Shown: in pieces, positions 20,086 through 30,391 of the stretch
How the letters are laid out: each line of letters starts with the position of its first letter
Position numbering within the stretch: the stretch's first letter is position 1
Assembly: GCA_963759765.1 (NCBI GenBank)
Contig: CAVXAL010000002.1
Span: 621,710 to 685,709, forward strand
DNA from: Candidatus Aminicenantes bacterium
GTDB lineage: Bacteria; Acidobacteriota; Aminicenantia; UBA2199
Length of the DNA: 64,000 nt
Direction: 5' to 3'
The notes under the pieces: model-generated
The model's input: only the letters and a program-made list of their open reading frames with translations
What the model was told of the DNA's origin: nothing
Databases searched by the model: none
Position numbers and translations under genes: made by a program

Positions 20086-21204
20086 CAGTTCACCATGCCG
20101 TTTTTGCTTTCCGTCTGGACGTTCTCCTTGGCTTTTTCGCTCTCGCGCAGCTCCTTGAACAGTTCCTTTTCCCGGCGGGTCAGCCGACCGGGGGTCTTCA
20201 CCTGGATGAGGATCAGCAGATCGCCGCGTCCCCAGCGGTTGACCTGCTTGAAACCCTTGCCCTTGAGGCGGATGATCTGGCCGCTCTGGGTTTCGGGAGG
20301 GACATGGATCTTTTCCGTGCCGTTGAAGGTGCTGATCTTGATGTCGTCGCCCAGGGCCGCCTGGGCAAAGGAGATATCCAGCGGATAGATCAGGTCGTCA
20401 TCCTGGCGTTTGAATACGGGATCCTCTTGGACGTGCACTTCCAGGTAGAGATCGCCGGGGCGACCCCCCTGCACCCCCTCTTCGCCTTCACCCACCACGC
20501 GCAGGCGGTTGCCCGTGTCTGCACCTGCCGGGATATTCACCTTGAGCTTCTTTTCTTCTTTGACCCGGCCGCTGCCCCGGCAGCGGCTGCAGGGATGGGT
20601 GATCAGCCGGCCGCTGCCTCGGCAGAGGGGGCAGGTGCTGGCGATGGAAAAGAAGCCCTGGGAACGGCGCACGCTGCCCGTGCCGCCGCACTGGCGGCAG
20701 GTTTCTAATTTTTGGCCAGGCTCGCTGCCGGAGCCGCTGCACCGGTCGCAATTTTTCTCGCGTTCCGCTCTGATTTCCTTTTCCACGCCCTGGTAGGCTT
20801 CGGCCAGAGTGAGCTGCACCTCCTGCATCAGGTCCTGACCCGGGTGCGACCGCTGGCCCTGGCGGCGGCCGGAAAAGAAGGAGTTAAAGCCGAACAGGTC
20901 ACTCAGGATGTCGCTGAAGTCGGAGAAGATAGAGTCCGAGAAGAAGCTGGGATCGAAGCGGCCGCTGCCACCACCGGCGCGCAGCCCTGCAAAACCGTAC
21001 TGGTCGTAAATTTGCCGCTTTTCCGGATTGCCCAGCACCGAATAGGCCTCGGAGGCCTCCTTGAATTTCTCTTCGGCAGCCGGGGTCCTCGCGGTTGCGG
21101 TCGGGGTGGTATTGGAGCGCCCGCTGGCGGTAGGCTTTCTTGATGTCGGTCGGGCTGGCGTTGCGGGGAACGCCGAGAATCTGGTAATAATCCCGTTTGG
21201 CCAT
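20085..21204 (-). pseudogene. dnaJ: molecular chaperone DnaJ with one frameshift near 21085 (J-domain separated from Zn-finger/CTD)
   Basis: J-domain ORF 20899..21204 (DYYQILGV...HPDRN) and body ORF 20085..21038 (CxxCxGxG x4) are colinear in adjacent frames; shift in a C/G run around gaccccggctgcc. Confidence 0.8.
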
Positions 21205-21213
21205 GGCTCGGTC

Positions 21214-23028
21214 TTAGTTGTCGAATTCCGAAACCAGAATGGAATTGATCTTGATACGGAAGGTCTGCATCTTGTTGAGCAGATTTCCCAGCAATATCAG
21301 GTCGTCACCCTCCAGGGCTTTCTCGCTGCGGGCGATCAGGGAGTCGATTTCCGACTTGGACTGGAGGCTGAGCTTTTCACTGAAGCGGTTGTAGAAAAAT
21401 TTGGCGGTGTCCAGTTCTTCTTTCAGTTGCATCTTCGTCTTGTTCAGCTCGACCGTTTTGCGGTCATCCGCCTCGTACTTTTTGGCCTCCTCGATGACGC
21501 GCTTAATCTCTTCGGGTGAGAGGCCGCTGGCCGGATGCACTTTCAGGCTCTGGGACAATCCGGTCTGCTTATCCCGGGCGGAAACCTGGACGATACCGTT
21601 GGCGTCAATTTCGAAGCTGACCTCGATCTGCGGGATGCCCTTGGGGGCCAGGGGAATGCCCACTAGGTTGAAATAGCCGAGGGACTTGTTCTCCGCGGAT
21701 ATCTCCCGCTCGCCTTGCAGGACGTGGATTTTAACGGTGGTCTGGTTGTCGCCGATGGTGGTGAAGATCATGGATTTCTTTATCGGGATGGTGGCGTTGC
21801 GCTCGATGATCTTGGTGAAACTGCCTCCCTTGGTCTCCACTCCCAGCGAGAGCGGCGTCACGTCGAGCAGCAGCAGGTCCTTGACCTTGCCTTTGAGGAT
21901 TTCCGCCTGCAGAGCGGCGCCCTGAGCGACTACCTCTTCGGGATTGAGCTCGATGTCCGGTTCCTTGTTAAAAAAGTCTTTTAATTTCTGGAAGATGATG
22001 GGCATGCGGCTCTGGCCACCAACCAGGATGGCCTTCTCGATCTGGTCGGGCTGGACGTTGACTTCAGCCAGCGCTTTCTTGATCAACTCGATGGTCTGGT
22101 CGATGAAGCTCAGGGTGAATGATTCGAGCTGGGAGCGGGTCAGTTTCCTCTGGAAGTGGTAATTGGTGCCGTCGGGAAAGTGGTGGAGGTAGGGGATGGA
22201 GATCAGGGTCTCGAGGTTGAAGGAGAGCTCGATTTTCGCCTTTTCAGCCATCTGGATCACCCGCTGGAGAATCTCCTTGCTGTCCCGCAGGTCCAGGGTT
22301 GTCTCCCGTTCCACTTCGTGGAAGATCCAATTGGAAATCTGGGCGTCGAAGTCACTGCCGCCCAGGAAAGTGTCCCCCAGCGTCGAGGCCACCTTGTAAA
22401 TGTCGCCGTTGATTTCGACGATGGAGATGTCGAACGTGCCGCCACCCAAGTCGTAAACGGCATACAGACCGTTCTTTTGGATCTTCCGACCGTAGGCGAT
22501 GAGCGCCGAGGTGGGTTCGTTGATGATGCGGGTAACGTTCAGGCCGGCGATTTCTCCGGCCACTTTAGTCGCTTGGCGCTGGGCGTCGTTAAAGAAAGCG
22601 GGCACCGTGATCACCGTGTCGCCGATGGCTTCACCCAGGAAATTCTCGGCGATGGTCTTGAGGTAATTCAGGAACATGCCGGAGATCTCCTCCGGCGAAT
22701 AGAGTTTCTCGCCCAGCTGGATTTTGACGTCGCCACTGTCGGCCTTGAGAATCTGGTAGCCCACCCGCTTCTTTATCTCTTTGACTTCCTGGCTTTCGAA
22801 TTTTCGGCCCATCAGCCGCTTGATCCCCCAGACGGTGTTTGCGCTGTTGGTGATCAATTGACGTTTGGCGACGTTGCCGAAAATACGCTTGCCTTCGCGG
22901 CTCAGAGCCACTAGCGAGGGGATGACCCGCGACCCTTCCGGATTGGGTATGATCACGGCCTCTTTGCCTTCCAGATAGGAGATGCAGGAATTGGTGGTTC
23001 CCAGATCGATACCAATATGGATCGGCAT
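21214..23028 (-). CDS. dnaK: molecular chaperone DnaK (Hsp70)
   Basis: IGIDLGTTNS, DLGGGTFD, full-length 604 aa. Confidence 0.9.
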   Translation of the reverse strand: MPIHIGIDLGTTNSCISYLEGKEAVIIPNPEGSRVIPSLVALSREGKRIFGNVAKRQLITNSANTVWGIKRLMGRKFESQEVKEIKKRVGYQILKADSGDVKIQLGEKLYSPEEISGMFLNYLKTIAENFLGEAIGDTVITVPAFFNDAQRQATKVAGEIAGLNVTRIINEPTSALIAYGRKIQKNGLYAVYDLGGGTFDISIVEINGDIYKVASTLGDTFLGGSDFDAQISNWIFHEVERETTLDLRDSKEILQRVIQMAEKAKIELSFNLETLISIPYLHHFPDGTNYHFQRKLTRSQLESFTLSFIDQTIELIKKALAEVNVQPDQIEKAILVGGQSRMPIIFQKLKDFFNKEPDIELNPEEVVAQGAALQAEILKGKVKDLLLLDVTPLSLGVETKGGSFTKIIERNATIPIKKSMIFTTIGDNQTTVKIHVLQGEREISAENKSLGYFNLVGIPLAPKGIPQIEVSFEIDANGIVQVSARDKQTGLSQSLKVHPASGLSPEEIKRVIEEAKKYEADDRKTVELNKTKMQLKEELDTAKFFYNRFSEKLSLQSKSEIDSLIARSEKALEGDDLILLGNLLNKMQTFRIKINSILVSEFDN

Positions 23029-23666
23029 TACTCGCTCTTCGCCGTTTCCGGATTCTGCAGGGGAACGGCCACTTTGGTGAGCGCCGGCCGCAGCAGTTTG
23101 TCACGGTAGACAAACCCTTTCTGATAGACTTCGATGACCACCGGTTCGCTGATACCGGGTCGCTCCTCTTTGGAAAGAGCCTCATGCAAGCTGGGATCAA
23201 AACGCTTGCCCAGGGTGTCGATCTCGGTAACGTTGTATTTCTTCAGCAGGTCCACGAATTGCTTGCGGGTGATCTCCACGCCGGAGATGATGGCTTTATC
23301 ATTCTCGGCATTTTTCGCTTTGAGGGCCCGGTCAAGATTATCCAGGATTTGCAGCAGGTCCAGCAAGATATCGCCCAGAACATATTTCTGGAATTCCTCT
23401 TTTTCCTTGAGGACTCGTTTGCGGAAGTTATCCATCTCGGCCAGGGCACGCAGGTATTTGTCTTGGAATTCATCCCGCTCCTTGACGGTTTTCTTCATGA
23501 TCTCTTCCAGATCGTGCAGCTTGTGGTGGGGCTTCTTGTGATGGGCCTTCTTGCGGCCGGCCGTTTCATGCTCCGGATGCGACGCTTTGCTCTGCTCGCT
23601 CTCTTTGTCGACTTCCACCTCGTCGGCGATATAACCGACGGGGCTGTCTTTCTCTTTCTCATCCAT
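23028..23666 (-). CDS. grpE: nucleotide exchange factor GrpE
   Basis: RALAEMDNFRKR and C-terminal beta-domain; stop overlaps dnaK start. Confidence 0.85.
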   Translation of the reverse strand: MDEKEKDSPVGYIADEVEVDKESEQSKASHPEHETAGRKKAHHKKPHHKLHDLEEIMKKTVKERDEFQDKYLRALAEMDNFRKRVLKEKEEFQKYVLGDILLDLLQILDNLDRALKAKNAENDKAIISGVEITRKQFVDLLKKYNVTEIDTLGKRFDPSLHEALSKEERPGISEPVVIEVYQKGFVYRDKLLRPALTKVAVPLQNPETAKSE

Positions 23667-23888
23667 GGTCTAATCCTCTGGGTGTGGTGTTCCTGATTCC
23701 GTTTGGGAATGGCCTTTCTTCAACAAGCGTGTTCGGAAACGAACGGAGTCGTTAATTTTTTTTTCTCTTAGCCGCATCCCAAAAAAATTTTAATACAATC
23801 TCCGGTAAAAGTCAATTGACCAGCGGCGCAAATGGCCGGGCGACGGCGCGAGTTGTCAAGCGGAGGAAAATATGTTATTGTTAAACCG

Positions 23889-25295
23889 ATGTCGGAGATT
23901 CGCTTTGGCACGGATGGCTGGCGCGCCAAGATGGGCGAATCATTCACCTTTGCCAACGTTAAGCTGATCGCCCAGGCCTATGCCAACATGTTAAGAAAAA
24001 CCAGCCGTGGCCGGGAGAACGTCGTCCTGGTCAACCACGATACCCGTTATCTCTCCCCCCAGTTTGCCGCTGAAGCGGCCAAGGTGCTGTCGTTGAACCG
24101 CATCCGGGTGGTGCGGCCCACCCGCGACGCTCCGGCGCCAGCCGCCTCCCTGGCCATCGTCGAGCAGCAATTGCAGGGTGGCATCAGCTTCACGGCCAGT
24201 TTCAACGAACTGATCTACAATGGCATCAAACTTTTTGATGCCAAGGGAGCGCCGCTGTTGCCCTCGCAAACCGTGTTGCTGGAGGAGGAAATACGCAAAC
24301 TCGCCGGTGTGTTCCACTACAAGCCGCGTTACGCGGATGAACAGCGGATCAGCCAGGTGGACGTGCGCCCCCCGTATCTGGATTATGTGGGCCGCACGGT
24401 CAATCTGCCGCTGATTCGGCGTGCCGGAATGAAAATCGTGGTGGATTGCCTCTACGGCACCTCCCGCGATTACCTGGACAAGCTGCTGCTGGATAACGGC
24501 GTGGAGGTCATCGCCCTGCACAACTATTCCGATTCGTATTTCGGTGGCGTGATTCCCTCATGCAGCCGCCGCAATTTGGGCGAGCTAGCACAGCGGGTGC
24601 GGGAAGAGAAGGCCCACCTTGGCTTGGCCACCGATGTCGACAGCGACCGCTTCGGCATCGTGGATTCCCGCGGCCGTTTTCTGGACGCCAATGCCCTGAT
24701 GCCTCCCCTGGTCGAATACCTGATTACGGTCCGCCATTTAACGGGCGACATTGTCAAATCGCTCTCCACCACCGACCTGATCGACCGTGTGGCCGAGCAA
24801 TACCAGCGCCGGGTTTTTGAAACTCCCGTCGGATTCAAATATGTAGCGGACATGCTGGCGGTACGCAAGGCGTTTGTGGGCATCGAGAGCACCAACGGTG
24901 CCGCGCTTAAAGGGCCGGTTCAGATCAAGGACGGCATCCTCTTCAACCTCCTGGTGGCGGAAATGGTGGCCCATCATGGCACGAGCCTGGAAGAGTTGCT
25001 CGCCGGTTTTTATCGCCGTTTCCCCCGCTTGCACGGCCGGGAATGCGATGCGGCCCGCACCCCCCGTCGCGATAAGAGGCTGCAGCATTTGCTGCACCGC
25101 AAGCAGTTTCGCTTTCCCGGGTTCACGCTGCGGCAGATCCGGTATCTGGACGGCCTCAAATTTGTTTTTAATGATTCCTGGCTGCTGATCCGGGAATCGG
25201 GCACCAAAGGAGTGATCCGAATCTATGCGGAGTCGCCGCGGCCGGAACGGAGCGCGCGCCTGCTGCAGTTGGGGAGGCAGTTGCTTGACCACTAA
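23889..25295 (+). CDS. phosphoglucomutase/phosphomannomutase family protein (alpha-D-phosphohexomutase), unusual active-site loop
   Basis: FGTDGWR N-terminus, GLATDVDSDR metal loop, ESGTKGVIRIY C-terminus; active-site loop reads TASFNELIYNGIK instead of TASHNPPEYNGIK; start taken at MSEIRFGTDGWR. Confidence 0.75.
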   Translation: MSEIRFGTDGWRAKMGESFTFANVKLIAQAYANMLRKTSRGRENVVLVNHDTRYLSPQFAAEAAKVLSLNRIRVVRPTRDAPAPAASLAIVEQQLQGGISFTASFNELIYNGIKLFDAKGAPLLPSQTVLLEEEIRKLAGVFHYKPRYADEQRISQVDVRPPYLDYVGRTVNLPLIRRAGMKIVVDCLYGTSRDYLDKLLLDNGVEVIALHNYSDSYFGGVIPSCSRRNLGELAQRVREEKAHLGLATDVDSDRFGIVDSRGRFLDANALMPPLVEYLITVRHLTGDIVKSLSTTDLIDRVAEQYQRRVFETPVGFKYVADMLAVRKAFVGIESTNGAALKGPVQIKDGILFNLLVAEMVAHHGTSLEELLAGFYRRFPRLHGRECDAARTPRRDKRLQHLLHRKQFRFPGFTLRQIRYLDGLKFVFNDSWLLIRESGTKGVIRIYAESPRPERSARLLQLGRQLLDH

Positions 25296-25335
25296 AAGGA
25301 AGGAGACCCCCTTTTGGCAGACAAAAGGTTTCAAG

Positions 25336-25614
25336 ATGATGGTCGTTTTCTTCCTGTTCGTCCTGGTGCTGACCTTCGTTTTCGGCGACCGGGGTATTCT
25401 GGAAATCATCCGGGCGGGCAAGGAGATCCGCCAGCTGGAACAGGCGATTGATAAACTCCAGGCGGAGAAGAAACAACTGAGCGACGAAGTCCAGGAGCTG
25501 CGTGACAATCCTCTGGCCCTGGAGCGGCGGGCCCGGGAGAAGCTCTGGCTGATGAAAAAAAACGAGAAAGTAGTGGTGTTCATCAAGGATAGAAAGGAGG
25601 GTAAGCATGAATAG
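25336..25614 (+). CDS. FtsB/DivIC-like septum formation initiator family protein
   Basis: N-terminal TM helix then coiled coil (QLEQAIDKLQAEKKQLSDEVQELRDNP); start at ATGATG 25336. Confidence 0.55.
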   Translation: MMVVFFLFVLVLTFVFGDRGILEIIRAGKEIRQLEQAIDKLQAEKKQLSDEVQELRDNPLALERRAREKLWLMKKNEKVVVFIKDRKEGKHE

Positions 25615-26452
25615 GCTGAAAACCGCTCTACTGCTGGGGCTGTTGACCGGCCTGCTGCTGGTGATCGGCAATCTGGCCGGCGGACAGAACGGCATGTTGT
25701 TGGCCCTGATTTTTGCCGGGCTGCTGAATTTCGTTGCCTACTGGTTTTCCGATAGAATCGTGCTGCGGGCCTACGGCGCGCGCGAACTGGACGAAGCGGC
25801 AGAGCCCCGCCTGAGGGCCATTGTCCAGGAGCTGTCCCAGAAGGCCAACATCCCCATGCCCAAACTTTATGTCATTGAACAGGAATCCCCCAACGCCTTC
25901 GCTACCGGCCGCAATCCCCAGCGGGCGGCTGTGGCCGTGACCCGCGGCCTGCTGCAGATGATGAGCGAGGAGGAATTGAAGGGCGTGATCGCTCACGAGC
26001 TTTCCCATGTCTTTCATCGTGACACCCTGATTGCCACTGTGGCCGCCACCCTGGCCGGGGCCATCATGTTTTTGGCCTATCAGATGCGCTGGCTGGCCCT
26101 CTTTTACGGCGGCGGCCACGATGATGACAACCGGGGCGGCGCGCTGGGTATGTTGCTGATGGCCATCCTGGCGCCGCTGGCCGCCACCCTGATCCAGTTG
26201 ACCATCTCGCGTTCCCGGGAATACAAGGCCGATCTGGGTTCGGCTGAACTAACGCACAACCCGGAAGGATTGGCCCGGGCTTTGGAGAAGCTCTCGGCCT
26301 CTAGCCGGCGCATCCCCCTGCCGGCCAGTCGGCAGACGGCTCACCTGTTCATCGTCTCGCCGCTGAGCGGCCGCAGCCTGCTGTCGCTTTTCTCCACCCA
26401 CCCGCCCATCGAAGAGCGCGTCGCCCGCCTGCGCGCGCTGAGACTTTCTTAA
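25607..26452 (+). CDS. htpX: zinc metalloprotease HtpX (M48)
   Basis: HELSHV zinc motif, four TM segments. Confidence 0.85.
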   Translation: MNRLKTALLLGLLTGLLLVIGNLAGGQNGMLLALIFAGLLNFVAYWFSDRIVLRAYGARELDEAAEPRLRAIVQELSQKANIPMPKLYVIEQESPNAFATGRNPQRAAVAVTRGLLQMMSEEELKGVIAHELSHVFHRDTLIATVAATLAGAIMFLAYQMRWLALFYGGGHDDDNRGGALGMLLMAILAPLAATLIQLTISRSREYKADLGSAELTHNPEGLARALEKLSASSRRIPLPASRQTAHLFIVSPLSGRSLLSLFSTHPPIEERVARLRALRLS

Positions 26453-26457
26453 CCGCT

Positions 26458-26925
26458 TTAGCCCACCTGGGTGGAGAGAAAGATGCCCAGGGTCATCTGG
26501 GCAATCTGGTCCTGCAGCTCTTCGATGCCGTCAATGTGCGCGTCTTCGTCGTTGAGGATGCTCTCCAGAATTTCTCGGGTGGCGAAATCGGCCACGTCGC
26601 CGGCCAGCTTGATCGCCTCGTTATAGGACTTGACAGCACCGTCTTCGGCGGCGTGGTCACTGGCCAGTTGTTTTGGCACGTCGGCACCGATGGCGATTTT
26701 GCGCAGGTTGTTCACCACCGGCGTCCCTTCCAGAAAGAGAATGCGGCCGATGAGTTTTTCGGCGTGCTTCATCTCGTCGACAGCCCGTTTCTCGAAGTGC
26801 TTGTGCAGCTTCTCGTAGCCCCAGTTGTCGCACATTTCCGAATGGACCATATACTGATTGATGGCGGTCAGTTCATCCGCCAACAGGGAATTCAGCGTTT
26901 CGATCAATTTGGCGTTGCCTTTCAT
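26458..26925 (-). CDS. bfr: bacterioferritin
   Basis: Ferritin-like di-iron ligands (E..H, EDEAHID), 155 aa. Confidence 0.85.
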   Translation of the reverse strand: MKGNAKLIETLNSLLADELTAINQYMVHSEMCDNWGYEKLHKHFEKRAVDEMKHAEKLIGRILFLEGTPVVNNLRKIAIGADVPKQLASDHAAEDGAVKSYNEAIKLAGDVADFATREILESILNDEDAHIDGIEELQDQIAQMTLGIFLSTQVG

Positions 26926-26961
26926 GAAAACCTCCTTTTGCCTTCATTCGGGTTGAAGTTT

Positions 26962-26990
26962 ATTTTATTCATTTTGTTCAAAAATGTAAA
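26962..26990 (-). promoter_or_regulatory. candidate bfr promoter (TTTACA-17-TAAAAT) with overlapping AT-rich Fur-box-like element
   Basis: Minus-strand reading ...tttacatttttgaacaaaatgaataaaat...; aatgaataaaat weakly resembles Fur box half-sites. Confidence 0.3.
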
Positions 26991-26993
26991 GAG

Positions 26994-28148
26994 TCAACCG
27001 CGGGATAAATTTTTAAGGCCGACCAGGCGCAGATAGAGGGCCTCCTGCTGACGCACCATGTGTTCCGCTTCCCATTCGGAGAAATCCTCTTTATCAAATT
27101 CAGCCAGCTGCCGGCGCAGCGGCGGGTTGTTGAGCAGTTCCAGGATGCGCTCGCTGAAGCGGCGATGATCATCCACGGCGACGAGAAATCCATTCAGCCC
27201 ATCACGAATCACTTCCCGGTTGCCGGGAATGTCACTGGCCACCACGGGTTTCTTTTTGAGGCGTAGCTGCACCAGGCTCTGGGGCAGGCCCTCCCAGAGC
27301 GCGGTGGAAACGCCGATGTCGCAGCAGTCGATGACTTTTTCCACCTCGCGGACGAACCCGGGCAGCCGGAAATTCTGGAACAGACCCCGTCGTTTCAGCT
27401 CCGCTTCGAAGCCGCCGCGCAGTTCGCCGTCTCCGGCGACGATGAAGATGGCGGTCGGGTGCTGGCGGATCACCCTTTCGGCGATAGCGATCAGGTGAAA
27501 GAGCCCCTTCTGCGGCTTGAACGGGGCGATCATGCCGCAGACAAAATGGTATCTCTCCAGTTGATAGGCGCGCCGGGCCTGGCCGATGTCGTCATCTGTG
27601 GCCGCTGTGCTGAAACGCCGCAAGGGAAAGCCGCTGCGGATAAGAGAAAAATTGTCTTTGACCAAACGCTGCCTGCGGGCGGTTTCGCTGTCGGCGCGGG
27701 CGACAAAGATGAAATGGCTGGTCAAATGAGAAACCAGTTTTTCCAGACCGCAGAAGAGCGTCCTCTTCCATAGGGGCTGCCGGGGGGAATAAGAAAAACC
27801 GTGGACCGAATGGATGATCACCGGGACGTGGGCCGAGCGGGCGGCCAGGCGGCCCAGAATCCCGGCCTTGGAGGAGTGGGTGTGAACGATATCCGGCTGG
27901 AGGTTTTTCAGGATGCGGCGCAGCTGCCGGAAGGCCAGGAAATCCTGGATGGGGCGAATGGGACGCTGCAGCCGGGGAGCGATCCGCAGGCGCTCAGCGA
28001 AGGAGGCGGAAGGGGCGAGCATGCCTCCCGGCCCGCTGACCAGGAATGTGTCAAACTGCTCCCGGTTGAGGTGTTCCACTGTGAAGAGGGTGTTGAGCTG
28101 AGCGCCTCCGAGTTCCAGTTTGGTGATGACGTGCACCACGCGCAGCAT
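26994..28148 (-). CDS. glycosyltransferase family 4 (GT-B, RfaB-like)
   Basis: N-terminal VITKLELGGAQ, C-terminal EGLPQSLVQ...KKPVVASDIPGNREV motif; start at MLRVVHV (28148), not first Met of ORF track. Confidence 0.75.
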   Translation of the reverse strand: MLRVVHVITKLELGGAQLNTLFTVEHLNREQFDTFLVSGPGGMLAPSASFAERLRIAPRLQRPIRPIQDFLAFRQLRRILKNLQPDIVHTHSSKAGILGRLAARSAHVPVIIHSVHGFSYSPRQPLWKRTLFCGLEKLVSHLTSHFIFVARADSETARRQRLVKDNFSLIRSGFPLRRFSTAATDDDIGQARRAYQLERYHFVCGMIAPFKPQKGLFHLIAIAERVIRQHPTAIFIVAGDGELRGGFEAELKRRGLFQNFRLPGFVREVEKVIDCCDIGVSTALWEGLPQSLVQLRLKKKPVVASDIPGNREVIRDGLNGFLVAVDDHRRFSERILELLNNPPLRRQLAEFDKEDFSEWEAEHMVRQQEALYLRLVGLKNLSRG

Positions 28149-28150
28149 CG

Positions 28151-29392
28151 TCAGTGTTGGTCGAGGCGGGCGGCGGTCCGGCGGGCCGACTGCAAGTCGT
28201 CGGCCATCGAGGTGTAGTTCCAGCTGCCGTAGCGCCCGATCGAATAGATGCCTCGGTTGCGTAGTGTTTCCAGCAGCGGCGGCACCAGCCCCGGCCAACG
28301 GCGGTCAAATAGGATGTAGGATACGGGGATGCAGACCGTGTCCAGGTGCAGCAATTCCCGCCAGGACCGGATCATGCCGGTGGCCATCAGGGTAAAACGG
28401 GTCTGGCGGCGGATTTGCTCTTTGTCCGGATGTTCACCGGGCAGGAGCGTTTTTTCCAGATAGACAAGGGGCCGGGCGGCGTCCGGATAATAGCCAACCC
28501 GGTAGAATGGAAACCGTGGTTCGGAAAGGTAGAGCCAGTGGAAGCGTCGGTGCCTTTTCTCCAGCACCGCGTTGACGACCAGCGTGGAGATATGCCGCAA
28601 CTGACGGGCCGTGGGGGTAAAGTCGGGCGGATCCAGCCGTCTCAGGAACTCATTCAACGGCATGGTGTTGACCAGGAATTCGTAGCGGTAAGTGCCCCTA
28701 TTGGTCTGGACCGTTTTGCGCCGACTGTCGATGCGCAAAGCTTCGGCCTGGAAGGTGATGCGCTCGGCGATCGGCCGGGTCAGATCGGCGATGAGCGCCC
28801 GCAGGCCACGGCGTGGATAATAAAAAGACGGGTTGTAACCCACGCGGCTGAAGCGCTGACCGGCTGCGCCGGCCAATACCTGGCGCCGGTCGGGGACCGG
28901 GAGACTGCCCTTGTCCATGTTGGCCAGCAGCCGGGAAAGTTCCTGACCGTAAAACTTGCTTAAGAAGGGTTTGAAAAAGAAGTTGAATAGGGTATCGCCG
29001 AAATGAAATTTCAAAAAACTTTCCAGATTCGCGTCCGCTCCCGGTGCTCCCTGGCCCGGGTTCAGCATTTGATCCGTGATCTCCTTTTTCAATTTGGCCG
29101 GCAGTGCGGCCAGATGGAACTGCAGGGGAAAGGCGATGAAACGGTCCTGCATGAATACTTTGCTGTTTCTCTGATAGCGGCGCAGGGAATGGAATGTTTC
29201 CAAAAAGTGGCGGATCTCCTCTTTGCCCTGGAAATGGAAATAATGGCCGCCATGGGGGAACCACCAGCTGCCCGATGTATATTCCCCGGCCAGACCGCCG
29301 GCCACCTGGCTCTTTTCAAGCACGAGGAAGTCCTCTTTGAGGGAGAGAGCCGTGCCCAGGCCGGAGATCCCTGCACCGATAATCAGGATCAT
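28151..29392 (-). CDS. FAD-dependent oxidoreductase, UDP-galactopyranose mutase-like
   Basis: MILIIGAGISGLG Rossmann start (ATG overlaps upstream stop as ATGA), HGGHYFHF, C-terminal GRYGSWNYTSMADD like Glf GRLAEYKYYNMD. Confidence 0.6.
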   Translation of the reverse strand: MILIIGAGISGLGTALSLKEDFLVLEKSQVAGGLAGEYTSGSWWFPHGGHYFHFQGKEEIRHFLETFHSLRRYQRNSKVFMQDRFIAFPLQFHLAALPAKLKKEITDQMLNPGQGAPGADANLESFLKFHFGDTLFNFFFKPFLSKFYGQELSRLLANMDKGSLPVPDRRQVLAGAAGQRFSRVGYNPSFYYPRRGLRALIADLTRPIAERITFQAEALRIDSRRKTVQTNRGTYRYEFLVNTMPLNEFLRRLDPPDFTPTARQLRHISTLVVNAVLEKRHRRFHWLYLSEPRFPFYRVGYYPDAARPLVYLEKTLLPGEHPDKEQIRRQTRFTLMATGMIRSWRELLHLDTVCIPVSYILFDRRWPGLVPPLLETLRNRGIYSIGRYGSWNYTSMADDLQSARRTAARLDQH

Positions 29393-30391
29393 TCCATTTT
29401 GACCCGAGCCAGAAAGAGGGCAAAAATCAGGAAAAAAAGGATCAGCAAGGCGGTGCTGACCACGGTTGCCAGCGGCGTGGAGAAAAAATTGATCAGCACG
29501 GCGGCCGAAAGCAGCAGGCTGGATGGCGATAACAGCGATCACCGTTTGCCGGCTGGACCAGTTGAACCTCTTTTTCAGGCGCAGGGCGAAATGATCGGGG
29601 CTGCCCCGGAAGGGCGAACGGCCTTTCAGTAACCTCAGCCAGGTGACATAGACGAGATCAAACAAGGGCAGACCGAGGACGATGAGCGCCGAAAGGAAAG
29701 CCAGGCGGTTGAAGGGGGTGTAGTGGGTCATAACGGCCAGCGAGCCGATGACCAGCCCCAGAACCATGCTGCCCGCATCGCCCAGGTAGATTCGGGCCGG
29801 TTCCCAGTTGAAACGCAGGAAGCAGAGTAGCGAGGCGGCCAGGCTGAGCGAGAGAATGGAGATCAGGAAGTCGTGGTCGTACAGAGATATGACGAAAATG
29901 GTGAGGGAGGCCAAGGCGCCGATCGACGGAGCCAGCCCGTCCATGATGTCGATGATATTGAAGGCGTTGATTGCCGTCAGAATCCATGCGAACGAGAGGA
30001 TGGTGTTCAGCCACTGGGGGATGAAGATGACACGGATCGAGATGCCGCTCTTGATCAGGATGTAGGTCGCCACGATCTGGAAGAAAAATTTAACCCCAGG
30101 TGTCAGCGCTTTGAAATCATCGAAAAGCCCGACGATGAGCAGGATCGAGCTGGCAAAGAGGATGCCCAGGAGCTCCTGGTTGAAATCGAAAAGCAGGGAA
30201 AGCGGCGAGATGAAGGCGAAGTACACGATGACCCCGCCCATGTAGGGTATCGGCGTCTGCTGTTTTTTTAGTTTGCCGTCGGGGAAATCGAGCAGGTTGT
30301 AGTGCGCAGCCACTTTCTGGGCGATCGGCGTGCCGTAAAGGGTCAGCAGAAACGAAAGGGCGAAGGTGAAAAGCAGGATCAGTTCATTCAT
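29390..30391 (-). pseudogene. WecA/MraY-type polyprenyl-phosphate N-acetylhexosamine-1-phosphate transferase, one frameshift near 29510
   Basis: GLFDDF, NAFNIIDIMDGLA motifs; the hydrophobic C-terminal tail ...LLLSAAVLINFFSTPLATVVSTALLILFFLIFALFLARVKME-stop is in the +1 frame; ORF track fuses it to the next gene as 746 aa. Confidence 0.7.

Noticed and set aside
23667-23830. Searched for CIRCE (TTAGCACTC-N9-GAGTGCTAA) upstream of grpE-dnaK-dnaJ
   Set aside because: No CIRCE-like inverted repeat present. Only a weak 5-bp palindrome (gttcg gaaa cgaac), so no regulatory call was made.
28151-30391. 746-aa ORF fusing WecA-like transferase and Glf-like oxidoreductase
   Set aside because: Two genes. 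The transferase C-terminal TM tail and stop are in the +1 frame (indel ~29510), and the oxidoreductase has its own ATG at 29392 overlapping that stop.
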